This document shows, in pieces, positions 46,514-55,930 of a stretch of 64,000 nucleotides of DNA. This DNA is from Pseudomonadota bacterium (GTDB taxonomy: Bacteria; Pseudomonadota; Alphaproteobacteria; Rhodobacterales; Rhodobacteraceae). Under the pieces are notes generated by a model that was not told where the DNA came from, made no database searches, and was given only the letters and a program-made list of their open reading frames with translations. Within the stretch, counting starts at the first letter, position 1. Each line of letters begins with the position of its first letter. Location: NCBI GenBank assembly GCA_039821125.1, contig JBCBOR010000018.1, positions 1,160 through 65,159 on the forward strand, in the 5' to 3' direction. A program made the position numbers and the translations under genes.

Positions 46514-47179
46514 CTAGGACGTGCCGTCCTGAACTTTTTCGAGGTATTCTTCCTCGGAGAGTGTCCCACCTTCCTGCTCGGCCCGCCCCTGATCGTCCGG
46601 GTGCAGGAACGGTTGCAGCGGTTCGATCCGTTTCCAGGCCGGGAAGGGCTGGTTGCCCTCCGCATCCGGGACGTAGGGAGACGTCTCGACGCGCGTGTGT
46701 TTGTGAATATAGCGCGCGCAGTTCTGGAACACGACCGTCACCGCGACATCCACGACCATGTTGCAGCCGGGGAAGTCAGCCATCAGGGCAGGGTCCTTGC
46801 ACAGTTTGGCTTTGCCTTGCACCCGGATGCGCCACGGGGTGACCATGTCCATGAACAGCATCCCGACATTGGCGGCGTCGCTGATGTTCCCCATCGACAA
46901 CCACATGCCATTGCCGTCGTAGTTCGGAAAGATCAGGCGGTTTGGCCCAAGCACTTTGACGAACCCGACATCGCCGCCCTTGTACGAGACTGTCGGCATC
47001 CCCTCGCCATCCACCGTGGACAGGAAAAAGTAATCCCGGCTGGTGATGTAATCCGTGTGGATCTCCTCAAGCTCGTCCCGGACAATCGCGTGCACGACCA
47101 CCTCTGAAAGCTTGTCATGTTGCGCGTCGCTCTGCAGAGCCCGCTGCGCCTTGGTGTAGAACTCGTCCGGTGTCGGCAT
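46514..47179 (-). CDS. Pyridoxamine-5'-phosphate-oxidase-like FMN-binding split-barrel protein
   Basis: FFLSTVDGEGMPTVSYKGG..GFVKV and RIRVQGKA, typical of the PNPOx-like family. Its stop lies 5 nt upstream of the P450 start. Confidence 0.7.
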   Translation of the reverse strand: MPTPDEFYTKAQRALQSDAQHDKLSEVVVHAIVRDELEEIHTDYITSRDYFFLSTVDGEGMPTVSYKGGDVGFVKVLGPNRLIFPNYDGNGMWLSMGNISDAANVGMLFMDMVTPWRIRVQGKAKLCKDPALMADFPGCNMVVDVAVTVVFQNCARYIHKHTRVETSPYVPDAEGNQPFPAWKRIEPLQPFLHPDDQGRAEQEGGTLSEEEYLEKVQDGTS

Positions 47180-47206
47180 CTTGCCCTCTGTCAGGTTGGG
47201 TCCCGA

Positions 47207-48229
47207 TCAACTCGCATCGGCCTCTTCTGCGGCTGGTGCCGGTGCGCTGAGATTTGGAGCGTCCTCGAACTCCATCACCCTCGGCTGCGGTTTCTTGTTG
47301 ATCAGCAGACGGGTCACGTCGGGCCGCGAATAGTGCCCAGACGGGTCCGCCGCCGCCTTTGCCACGGAAATCATCGGCAGATTGATCTCGGCAATGATCA
47401 GACCCTCCTGGTCCTCTGGCAGGTGTTCGGCCATCGGCTGGCCGTCGGGTCCGAAGATCATCGAAAAGCCGCCGCCGGGCTTGCCGGTTGCCGGGTTCAG
47501 CAGATGCGCTTTGTCCTCGGTGTCGCAGAGCTTGTCGAACATGTCCTGCCCGGTGATGGCAGTCGATGCCAGCACATAGCACTGCCCCTCGAGCGCGTAG
47601 ACCTGGCTGGCCGCGAGGTTTGCTTCGGGTCCCAAAGCGTAGGCCATGCCGCGATAGAGCGTGAACGAGGGCCACGACGCGCAATGGACCTGCTCGCCCA
47701 TCGCGTACATCGCGTATTTCGAAAGAGGCTGAAGATGCTCCCAGCAGCACAGCGCGCCCACACGGCCGCATTCGGTCTCAACCACGTTGAAATGCGAACC
47801 ATCGCCCTCGCCAAACAGCGTTCGCTCCACATGGGTGGGCTTCAGCTTCCGGCGATGGAACCCGACGCCGCCATCGGAGCCGATCAGGACCTGCGCCATG
47901 TAGATCGAGCCGCCGTCGATCTCCGAGTAGCCCATCATGACGTTGATGTCGTTGGCCTTGGCCGCGGCGCGTAGCCGGTCCATCTCCGGTCCGTCCCGGC
48001 GCATGCAGCTTGCGTGATAGCCCGGGACGAATTGCAACCCCCAGGCGGGCGCAGCGAGCCACAAGAACCACGGATAGCCGGGGATCCAAGTCTCCGGGAA
48101 CGCAATCAGTTTCACATCCTGTTTTGCAGCGTCCTCGATCAGTGAAATCGCTTTGTCGACGCAACCCTGAAGATCCATGAACACGGGCGCGGCCTGCACA
48201 GCCGCTGCCTTGAAAGTCTGTAACGTCAT
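47207..48229 (-). CDS. Nitrilase (carbon-nitrogen hydrolase branch 1)
   Basis: Catalytic triad contexts [12 protein letters not shown] (Glu), HRRKLKPT (Lys) and GALCCWEH (Cys). Start at ATG 48229, preceded by GGAGAA. Confidence 0.9.
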   Translation of the reverse strand: MTLQTFKAAAVQAAPVFMDLQGCVDKAISLIEDAAKQDVKLIAFPETWIPGYPWFLWLAAPAWGLQFVPGYHASCMRRDGPEMDRLRAAAKANDINVMMGYSEIDGGSIYMAQVLIGSDGGVGFHRRKLKPTHVERTLFGEGDGSHFNVVETECGRVGALCCWEHLQPLSKYAMYAMGEQVHCASWPSFTLYRGMAYALGPEANLAASQVYALEGQCYVLASTAITGQDMFDKLCDTEDKAHLLNPATGKPGGGFSMIFGPDGQPMAEHLPEDQEGLIIAEINLPMISVAKAAADPSGHYSRPDVTRLLINKKPQPRVMEFEDAPNLSAPAPAAEEADAS

Positions 48230-48547
48230 TGGCTTTCTCCCTGCGAGAGCAGATGCGTTGAACACCGCCGAGCGTGTGGGCCCAGCGTGACAGTGTCAAC
48301 TCAACACAGGGGATCCGGGGCATTTGACGGGGATCGGTGTGCGAAAGTGTCCGCCGAGTTTGGATACGATTGTCTCCGGCGCACAGTCATGGAACCGCTC
48401 ACACAGGCCAATGAACCATCGCGTGCGAACCGCGTGCCGATATTGCCTTTAATCCGCCGCATCGAGACGCTTTGACGTAGCGCGAGCGGACGGGTGTGTG
48501 GCAGGATCGGCAGCCAGCAAGACCGTCGCAGAACAGGGGTTGAGCAG

Positions 48548-50158
48548 TTGAAGACGTTCCTTTTCGGCCTCGCCATCGTCGGCGCGCTTGTTGTCGGCGC
48601 GATCGCGATCCTTGGGAGCCAGGGCATCGGCGCGCGCACGCATCTCTCAATCGTCTCAGGCTCGGAGAACAAGGCTCTGGAACCGATTGTTCGGGATTGG
48701 GCAGACGCGAACAACATCGATGTCGCCATGACATATCTCGGGTCGGTCGATATCAGCCGGGAACTCGGGCTTGGCACCGAGACAGTCTACGATGCGGTCT
48801 GGCCCGCGCACTCGCTTTGGATCGAACTGGGCGATACGCAGAAGGTCGCCAAGCACCGCGAGTCGATCCTGCGGTCTCCCGTCGTACTGGGCCTGCGCAA
48901 ATCGATAGCCGAACGTCTCGGATGGGTCGGGCGCAACGATGTGACGCTGGAGGAGATCCAGTCGGCTGCAAAGGCCGGGGAGTTCCGCCTCTCAATGACC
49001 TCCGCCACCCAGTCCAATTCCGGGGCGTCGGCATTCTTCGGGTTTCTCTACGCGCTTGCAGGCGAGCCGGACGTGCTGACCTCGGCCCATCTCGGCGATG
49101 CCGCTGTGCGGGCCTCGGTTTCCGAACTGCTTGGCCTTGTCGACCGGTCCTCCGGATCCTCGGGTTGGCTCAAGGACTCGGTGGTCGAGAACCCTGTCGC
49201 CTTCGATGCGATGATGAACTACGAGGCACTGATCATCGAGGGCAATCAGGACCTCGTCCGCGTCGGGCAGGAACCGCTCTACGTGATCTACCCCGCCTCG
49301 GGCATGGCGGTGGCGGACAGCCCGCTCGCATATGTGTCCAAGGGCGATGTGGCGAAGGAGGAGGCGTTCCTGGCCCTTCAGACGCATCTGCTGTCCGATC
49401 CGGTCCAGCAGCAGCTGTTGGCGCTTGGTCGGCGGGCCGGGCTGATCGGCCTGGCAGGCGGGGGCTCGCGCGATGTCTGGAACCCCGACTGGGGCATCGA
49501 TCTCGACCGTCAGATCGCACCGATCCCGACCCCGGCCAGCGAGGTGATCCGCGAGGCGCTGACGCTCTACCAGACCGATCTGCGCAAGCCGTCACTGACC
49601 GTCTGGGTCCTGGACGTGTCCGGATCGATGGAGGGCGAGCCGCTCGACCAGCTCAAACAGGCCATGCGCCTGCTGCTCGACCCGGAAAGCGCTACACTGA
49701 ACCTGTTGCAACCCTCGTCACGCGACGTGACCATCGTGATCCCGTTCAACGGCAGGGTCGAGGACATCTGGAAGCTGGAGGGCAACGATCCCGCCAGACT
49801 GGCTGACCTCGACCGCAAGGTGCAGCGGTTGCAGGCGGGTGGCGGCACCGATCTTTACTATGCGCTGGGACAGGCGCTGGAGCAGCTGGAGGTCTACGCC
49901 AAGGCCGGCACGCTCTTTGATCACCTGCCCGCAATCATTGCGATGACCGATGGCGCATCGGACGAGGGCAACAAGGCGGCTCTGAGTTCGTACATCGAAA
50001 CCCTCAGCTTTGGACGCGACATCCCGATCCACTCGATCGCCTTCGGAAAAGCGGATGAAAAACAGCTGAAGGACCTGAGCGAGGCTTCGATCGGGCGACT
50101 TTTCAAGGCCAAAGACAATCTTGCAGGCGCGCTGCGCAAGGCCAAAGGCTACAACTGA
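48548..50158 (+). CDS. Membrane-anchored periplasmic-binding-protein-fold domain fused to a C-terminal vWA domain
   Basis: Track ORF is 48494..50158. I favour the TTG at 48548 (MKTFLFGLAIVGALVVG), preceded by AGGGG. The N-terminal half is SBP-like (LSMTSATQSNSGASAFFGF). The C-terminal half has MIDAS VLDVSGSM, GGGTDLY and AMTDGASDEG. Confidence 0.8.
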   Translation: MKTFLFGLAIVGALVVGAIAILGSQGIGARTHLSIVSGSENKALEPIVRDWADANNIDVAMTYLGSVDISRELGLGTETVYDAVWPAHSLWIELGDTQKVAKHRESILRSPVVLGLRKSIAERLGWVGRNDVTLEEIQSAAKAGEFRLSMTSATQSNSGASAFFGFLYALAGEPDVLTSAHLGDAAVRASVSELLGLVDRSSGSSGWLKDSVVENPVAFDAMMNYEALIIEGNQDLVRVGQEPLYVIYPASGMAVADSPLAYVSKGDVAKEEAFLALQTHLLSDPVQQQLLALGRRAGLIGLAGGGSRDVWNPDWGIDLDRQIAPIPTPASEVIREALTLYQTDLRKPSLTVWVLDVSGSMEGEPLDQLKQAMRLLLDPESATLNLLQPSSRDVTIVIPFNGRVEDIWKLEGNDPARLADLDRKVQRLQAGGGTDLYYALGQALEQLEVYAKAGTLFDHLPAIIAMTDGASDEGNKAALSSYIETLSFGRDIPIHSIAFGKADEKQLKDLSEASIGRLFKAKDNLAGALRKAKGYN

Positions 50159-50754
50159 TGCACCTGCCTGACGGTCAGCGCCAGATCGTGGCCGGGCTCG
50201 GCGCATCTGTGGCGTTTCTGTCGATATTCTTCGGGCTTGGGCTGGTCTGGTGGGCCGCGCTGATCGCAGGGTTCGCGGTTTATCTCGCGATCCTGCTGAT
50301 CGTCGAGCGCAAGACGCCTGAGACCGAGGAGATGGTTGCCGATGGGATCTCGCGGGCCGAATTGACGGGGGCGATCAACGCGATCACGGCCGCATCTTCA
50401 AAGATGCGCCAGTTGGCGACCGCGGCACGGGGCGACGATCGCGGCGAATTCCAGAAGATGGCGAAGCTGTTCGAGGCGATCCGCGCCCATCACATCAAGG
50501 ACCCGCGTGACTATCATCACACCCGCACCTTCATTCGCCACGATCTGCCTCGCATCGTCGACACGGCCGAGCGCTATGTCGATCTCGACAAAAGGGCGTC
50601 GGGCGAGAACCGTGACCGTGTGGATGCCCTGGGAGAACAGATACGCAGTTTCACCCCCGTGTTGGAGAAGATCGACCAGGCCTGCCTCGAGAACGATTTC
50701 ATGGCCCTGGAAGTTCAGGTCGAGGTGCTGGGCGAGCAACTGGGCAAACGGTGA
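50158..50754 (+). CDS. Two-TM helical protein, XpaC-like (5-bromo-4-chloroindolyl phosphate hydrolysis protein family architecture)
   Basis: TGATG overlap with the upstream gene. Two N-terminal TM helices followed by a ~140-aa helical domain. The family label rests on remembered architecture and is not verified. Confidence 0.65.
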   Translation: MHLPDGQRQIVAGLGASVAFLSIFFGLGLVWWAALIAGFAVYLAILLIVERKTPETEEMVADGISRAELTGAINAITAASSKMRQLATAARGDDRGEFQKMAKLFEAIRAHHIKDPRDYHHTRTFIRHDLPRIVDTAERYVDLDKRASGENRDRVDALGEQIRSFTPVLEKIDQACLENDFMALEVQVEVLGEQLGKR

Positions 50755-50787
50755 GCACGCAGCCTACGGAATGCTGAGGAGACCATC

Positions 50788-51879
50788 ATGAAGAAATCCG
50801 TCATCGGCCTTCTGATCCTGGGCGTCGTGGCCGCAGCTGCGGTGGCCGGCAGCATGGTCGACTGGTCTGGTCTGCAGCGGGCGGTGCCTGTCTCCCGCGA
50901 TCCGATCAATCTCTCGATTTTCTACGGCGGAGAGAAGCGTGCCCTGCTCGGCAACCCGAGGATCCAGGAGATCATCAAGGGCCGCTACAAGATCACGCTG
51001 GATGCGGTCAAGGCGGGCTCGGTCGAGATGGCGACGACCCTGGATACTACCGGCAAGGCGTGCATCTGGCCCTCGAACATGGTGGCTGTCGAACTGGCCC
51101 GCCAGTCGGGAAAACCGGTCAAGGGCGATGAGACAATCTTCAACTCGCCCATTGTGTTCTACGCCTGGGCCGATGTCGCCGACGCCTTGGCCACCAGGGA
51201 CGTGGTGCGGGAGGGGACGAACGGTCAGTTGACCGCAGATGTCTCGAAGATCGGTGCCCTGATCCGCGACGGCACGCGCTGGAAGGAGGATCTTGGTCTT
51301 AACGTCTACGGTCCCTTCAAGGTGTTCTCGACGCATCCGGCGAAGTCGAACTCGGGCAACATCTGGTCCGGCCTGCTGGCAACGGTGCTGAACGGCGGAA
51401 CCACACCGACCGAGGATGACCTGCCGGGCCTGTTGCCGAAGATCGAGGCCTATTTCGATGCGATGGGGCACATGGAGGCGTCCTCGGGCGATATCTTCGA
51501 GAATTTCCTGAAACAGGGCATGGGCGCCCGTCCGATCATCGTGGGCTATGAGAACCAGTTGATCGAGTTCCTGATCGAGAACGCGCAATACGCAGATCTG
51601 ATCCGCGACAAGATCCGGGTGATCTATCCCGAGCCGACGATCTTTGCCTCGCATCCCCTGATCTCGCTGACCGATGGATGCAAGCGGCTGGCCGAAGCCC
51701 TGCAGGATCCTGACGTACAGGAAATCGCATGGTCCCAGCACGGGTTCCGCACGGGCCTGCTGGGTGTTGAAAACGATCCCGCCGCGATCACCGTGGCGAC
51801 GCTTCCCGATCGCGTCGATCTGGTCATCCCAATGCCATCGGCGGCTGTGGTCGATGCGGTGATCGACACCGTGCGCTAA
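50788..51879 (+). CDS. Membrane-anchored/exported binding-protein-fold protein, paralogue of the N-terminal half of the 48548..50158 product
   Basis: Anchor MKKSVIGLLILGVVAAAAVAG. FSTHPAKSNSGNIWSGLLATVLNGG parallels LSMTSATQSNSGASAFFGFLYALAG in the upstream fusion protein. Confidence 0.7.
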   Translation: MKKSVIGLLILGVVAAAAVAGSMVDWSGLQRAVPVSRDPINLSIFYGGEKRALLGNPRIQEIIKGRYKITLDAVKAGSVEMATTLDTTGKACIWPSNMVAVELARQSGKPVKGDETIFNSPIVFYAWADVADALATRDVVREGTNGQLTADVSKIGALIRDGTRWKEDLGLNVYGPFKVFSTHPAKSNSGNIWSGLLATVLNGGTTPTEDDLPGLLPKIEAYFDAMGHMEASSGDIFENFLKQGMGARPIIVGYENQLIEFLIENAQYADLIRDKIRVIYPEPTIFASHPLISLTDGCKRLAEALQDPDVQEIAWSQHGFRTGLLGVENDPAAITVATLPDRVDLVIPMPSAAVVDAVIDTVR

Positions 51880-52037
51880 AACGTGCCGGATGATCTGTGT
51901 CGGGGCCTTTGAGAAGGACTTCGTATCCAACTCACGCGCATTTCAGAAGTGATCCGGTGCGCTTGTTCTGCGGCTCGCAAGTGTGCAGATTGAGGGCGTT
52001 TTTGCTCAGCCACGATCTGCCAGCATGTTGATTTATC

Positions 52038-52114
52038 TGGTCGGAGTGGCAGGATTTGAACCTGCGGCCCCTGCCTCCCGAAGACAGTGCTCTACCAAGC
52101 TGAGCTACACTCCG
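52038..52114 (-). tRNA. tRNA-Pro (anticodon CGG)
   Basis: The reverse complement folds as a 77-nt cloverleaf: acceptor CGGAGTG/CACTCCG, D arm GCTC-AGCTTGGTA-GAGC, anticodon arm CTGTC-TTCGGGA-GGCAG, T arm GCAGG-TTCAAAT-CCTGC, and an encoded CCA. Confidence 0.92.
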
Positions 52115-52211
52115 CCGACAAGACGCGTCGTATACTGCCGCCGGTCAGAATCCGCAAGGCAGATTTCCGGGCTTGATGGCGCGGCGCGGGCTGACTATGG
52201 TCCGCCGCGAT

Positions 52212-52287
52212 TGGGACGTAGCTCAATTGGTAGAGCACCGGTTTTTGGTACCGTAGGTTGGAGGTTCGAGTCCTCCCGTCCCAGCCA
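52212..52287 (+). tRNA. tRNA-Gln (anticodon UUG)
   Basis: Acceptor TGGGACG/CGTCCCA (U1-A72), D arm GCTC-AATTGGTA-GAGC, anticodon loop TTTTGGT, T arm GGAGG-TTCGAGT-CCTCC, and an encoded CCA. Confidence 0.88.
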
Positions 52288-52311
52288 AGCGCAAGACACC
52301 GCCAGCGACGA

Positions 52312-53253
52312 TCAAAATACCGCGTGGTCACCGCGATCCGGGGCCGTTTCGCCTGCGGCGAGCCGAGCGTAGAAGGCGGGCAGGGTGTCCTGACCATGCT
52401 CGGGCGTCGCCCTGGCATCGTAGCGACCCGTAGCTGGATCGAGCACCAGCATGGATTCCGTCGCATAGTACCGCCCGATGCGGGCCAGGTCGGCCTTTGC
52501 GCGCAGCGCGGGCGAGAGATAGCCGACCACGGACAGGATGCCAATGATCGCGGACAAGAGTGCGACGGGCACATGGCGATACCGCGGCGCGACCCCCAAC
52601 GCTTTTGCCAAGGCTGCGCCCTGCTCTTGCGGGGTAAGGGCAGGGCCTGGGCCGCCGATTGGCAGAACCCGGTTCCAGCGGGCCGGTTGCTCGAGGCAGC
52701 CCGCGATGTAATCTGCCAGATCGCCGTCCGAGATCGGTTTGCACGCCGTCAGACGTCCATCGCCGAACACCAGGAAGGATTTGCCCGCGCGAACCCGCTC
52801 GACCTGGCCTGACAAGGATTTGAAGAAGGCCGTCGGCCGCACGATTGAGTACCGCAGGCCAGAGGCGATCAGCGCGTCCTCGAAGGCGAGTTTGGCCCGT
52901 TGGAAGGCGAGCAATGGTTTCTGCACACAGATCGCCGAGAGCAGAACGATGTGCCCGACCGCCGCCGCTTTGGCTGCCGCGAGGATTTGCAGATGAGCAT
53001 CGTGGTCGATGGCCCAGGCGTCATCCGGCGCACCGGTACGGGAGGCGAGACAGGAGATGACGGCACCGTACGCGGCATCGCGAAAGACTGCATCGAGATC
53101 GGCGGTCTCGGTGACATCGCCTTGACGCACAGACGCGCCGGGGATCTGCGCCGGTCGGCGAGTGAAGCAGGTGGTCACGTGCCCCCGTGCCACCAACTCC
53201 GCAACCACGGCCCGGCCTATTGTGCCCGTCCCACCGAAGACGAGGACGCGCAT
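52312..53253 (-). CDS. NAD(P)H-binding NmrA/atypical-SDR-family protein
   Basis: N-terminal MRVLVFGGTGTIGRAVV Rossmann motif. 313 aa. Confidence 0.8.
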   Translation of the reverse strand: MRVLVFGGTGTIGRAVVAELVARGHVTTCFTRRPAQIPGASVRQGDVTETADLDAVFRDAAYGAVISCLASRTGAPDDAWAIDHDAHLQILAAAKAAAVGHIVLLSAICVQKPLLAFQRAKLAFEDALIASGLRYSIVRPTAFFKSLSGQVERVRAGKSFLVFGDGRLTACKPISDGDLADYIAGCLEQPARWNRVLPIGGPGPALTPQEQGAALAKALGVAPRYRHVPVALLSAIIGILSVVGYLSPALRAKADLARIGRYYATESMLVLDPATGRYDARATPEHGQDTLPAFYARLAAGETAPDRGDHAVF

Positions 53254-53274
53254 GCTTGGGCGGCGCGGTGAAAA

Positions 53275-54432
53275 TCAGGCCGCGAGGCGCGCGATCAGAC
53301 GGTCCATGAAGGCGTCACCGGCGTCAAGCTGGCTGATCTCGATGAACTCGTCCGGCTGGTGCGCCTGTTCGATGCTGCCCGGCCCGCAGATGCACGCGGA
53401 ATAGCCTGCGTCCTGGAAGATCCCGGCCTCGGTCCCGTAGGAGACCACATGTTCCGCGTTGTCGCCGGTCAACTGGCGGCAGAGCGCTTCGGCTTCGGTG
53501 GCCTGTTCGGGGCGGCAGCCCGGCACATCGCCCCGGACTTCGACCGTGATGCCGGTGTCAGGGTGGATCTTCTGCATCTCGGCCACGACCTCATCGACAT
53601 GGGCCCGGTACTTGGCGATCCAGTCCGTCGAGCGCTCGCCCGGGATGACGCGGACATCGGTTGAGAAGCTGCAATCCTTGGCCACGATGTTGCGGGCCGT
53701 GCCGCCGTTGATCATGCCCACATGCAGTGTCGTATAGGGCGGTACGAACAGGCTGTTCGGATCAGCGGCGGCCTTGTTGGCGGCCATCTGGTCCTCGAGC
53801 CACCCGATGAGGCGCGCGGCGGTCATCACGGCGGAGACCCCGGTATGCACGATCGAGGAGTGCACCTCGTAGCCATGCACATGGGTCTGCAACATCAGCC
53901 CGCCCTTGTGGCCGGTGACAACCTGCATCTCGCTCGGCTCGCCCACGATCATGGCGCTGGCCTTGGGCATTGTCTCCGCGATCTCCGGCGCAAGGCGATA
54001 GGCCCCGTCCATGCCGGTTTCCTCGTCATAGGTCAGCGCCAGCTGGATCGGGCGTTTCAGGCCGGCCTCCAGCGCCTTTGGCACGGCGCAGAGGGCCAAT
54101 GCACCGAACCCCTTCATGTCGCAGGACCCGCGGCCATAGAGCCGGCCGTCCTTCTCGGTCAGCGTCCAGGGATCGGTGGTCCAGTTCTGCCCGTCCACCG
54201 GCACGACATCCGTGTGTCCGTTCAGAACGACGCCGCCTTCGACCTCGGGCCCGACGAGGGCGTAGAGGTTACACTTCGTGCCGCAGGCCGAGTAGACCCG
54301 GTTGCTCTGGACCCCGTGGCCGTTGAGGTAGTCCTCGACGAAATCCATCAGCGGCAGGTTGGTCTCCCGCGAGACCGTGGGGAACGCAACCAGGCGTTCC
54401 AGCATTTCGCGCGGTGTGTAGGTATCTGGCAT
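53275..54432 (-). CDS. M20-family peptidase, acetylornithine deacetylase (ArgE)-like
   Basis: LERLVAFPTVSRETNLPLMDFVEDYL, LNGHTDVVP and GRGSCDMKG. Confidence 0.8.
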   Translation of the reverse strand: MPDTYTPREMLERLVAFPTVSRETNLPLMDFVEDYLNGHGVQSNRVYSACGTKCNLYALVGPEVEGGVVLNGHTDVVPVDGQNWTTDPWTLTEKDGRLYGRGSCDMKGFGALALCAVPKALEAGLKRPIQLALTYDEETGMDGAYRLAPEIAETMPKASAMIVGEPSEMQVVTGHKGGLMLQTHVHGYEVHSSIVHTGVSAVMTAARLIGWLEDQMAANKAAADPNSLFVPPYTTLHVGMINGGTARNIVAKDCSFSTDVRVIPGERSTDWIAKYRAHVDEVVAEMQKIHPDTGITVEVRGDVPGCRPEQATEAEALCRQLTGDNAEHVVSYGTEAGIFQDAGYSACICGPGSIEQAHQPDEFIEISQLDAGDAFMDRLIARLAA

Positions 54433-54631
54433 CGGGACCTCGGGGCTAGGGTTCGATGTCGAACATCTAACGCGACATGCCTGCGGTCAAGGCGGCTGTC
54501 GGCCCCACCCGTGCGCTATCCGACCAGAACGCAGCCCACCCGCCCGCCCCTGCGCTCTGCTCGGACAGCGCACGGGTGGGGCTGGACCTTGCACGCAGGA
54601 TCGGCTCTCATCGGGCAAACGGGGGACACGT

Positions 54632-55801
54632 ATGGACTATCGCGCACCGAAGAACTGGACGTATCCGGTCCCCATCGCCTATGGGCCGGGGCGTCTGGCC
54701 GAGATTGCCGTGCTCTGTCACCGGGCGGGAATGACACGCCCGCTGATTGTGACGGACCGGGGGAGTGCCGCTCTGCCGTTTATCGCTGCGCTGTGCGAGC
54801 GGCTGGCCGATGCGGGGCTGGTCTCCGGGATCTACAGCGGCATCTCGCCAAACCCGCGGGATGACGAGATCGCGGCGGGATGCGAGGCCTTCGGCGGCAA
54901 CGGCCATGACGGGATCATCGCCATCGGCGGGGGCAGCGGTATGGACGGGGCCAAGGCCATCGGCCTGACCGTCAAAAGCGGTGTGCCGCTTTGGGAGTTC
55001 GACTACGAGCGCCCGGCGCTCGATGTCTCTGCCGAGGTTTTCCCGCCACTGATCACCATCCCGACGACCGCGGGCACGGGCGCCGAGACCGAGAGCACGG
55101 CGATGATCACCGACACGGGCCAAGGTATGAAATTCTGTGTCTGGCATCCAGCCTACAAGCCCGCCAGCACGCTGCTGGACCCCGACCTGACGGTAGGCCT
55201 GCCGCCGGATCTGACCGCGTGGACCGGCTGTGATGCGCTGGTCCATGCGATCGAGGCGTATTGCGTGCCCGGCTTCCACCCCCTGTGCGACGGGGCGGCG
55301 CTGGAGGGGATGCGGCTGATCTGGCGCTGGCTTGAGGTGGCGGTCGACGCGCCCGGCAATCTCGATGCCCGCGGCGGGATGCTGGTGGGATCGTGTCTTG
55401 CGGGGATTGCGTTTCTCAAGGGCCTCGGGATGGTCCACGCGATCTCGCACATGATCGGGGCCGAGTACGACACTCAGCACGGTCTGACCAATGCGGTGCT
55501 GTTGCCTGCGGTGCTGAGGTTCAATGCCCCGGCCATCGCGGACCGGATCGAACCGATGGCGCAGGCCATGGGCCTCCGCGACACGGGGTTCGATGCGGTC
55601 TATGCCGAGATTTGCGGAAGGCTCGACCGCTTGCAGATCCCGCGCGGGTTGGCCGGGATCGGCGTGACCGCGACCGATGCGGATATCGCCCGTCTCGCCG
55701 CCAAAGCGCTCCGGGACAGTGCCGCGGGCACCAACCCGAGGCAGGCGACCGAGGCGGAGGTGCGGGCGCTCCTGAGCGCGGCGATGACCGACGCGCGTTG
55801 A
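54632..55801 (+). CDS. Iron-containing (group III) alcohol dehydrogenase
   Basis: AIGGGSGMDGAK dinucleotide motif and metal-binding histidines (HAIEAY, HAISHMIGAEYDTQHG). Confidence 0.88.
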   Translation: MDYRAPKNWTYPVPIAYGPGRLAEIAVLCHRAGMTRPLIVTDRGSAALPFIAALCERLADAGLVSGIYSGISPNPRDDEIAAGCEAFGGNGHDGIIAIGGGSGMDGAKAIGLTVKSGVPLWEFDYERPALDVSAEVFPPLITIPTTAGTGAETESTAMITDTGQGMKFCVWHPAYKPASTLLDPDLTVGLPPDLTAWTGCDALVHAIEAYCVPGFHPLCDGAALEGMRLIWRWLEVAVDAPGNLDARGGMLVGSCLAGIAFLKGLGMVHAISHMIGAEYDTQHGLTNAVLLPAVLRFNAPAIADRIEPMAQAMGLRDTGFDAVYAEICGRLDRLQIPRGLAGIGVTATDADIARLAAKALRDSAAGTNPRQATEAEVRALLSAAMTDAR

Positions 55802-55930
55802 TCCGAGGCCACGCGGCGGAAATCCGGTATTTCGCACGCGCAGCATTTTTATCCCCGCAAGCGAACGCGAACGGTTGATCTTTCGTAAAACGCGTCTAAC
55901 GATGCGTCGGACTTTTTGATGTGGGGACGA

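Noticed and set aside
48287-48475. A 62-aa ORF in the divergent spacer between the nitrilase operon and the SBP::vWA gene.
   Set aside because: It has no RBS, its composition is unremarkable, and it overlaps other equally plausible random frames. The region more likely holds promoters.
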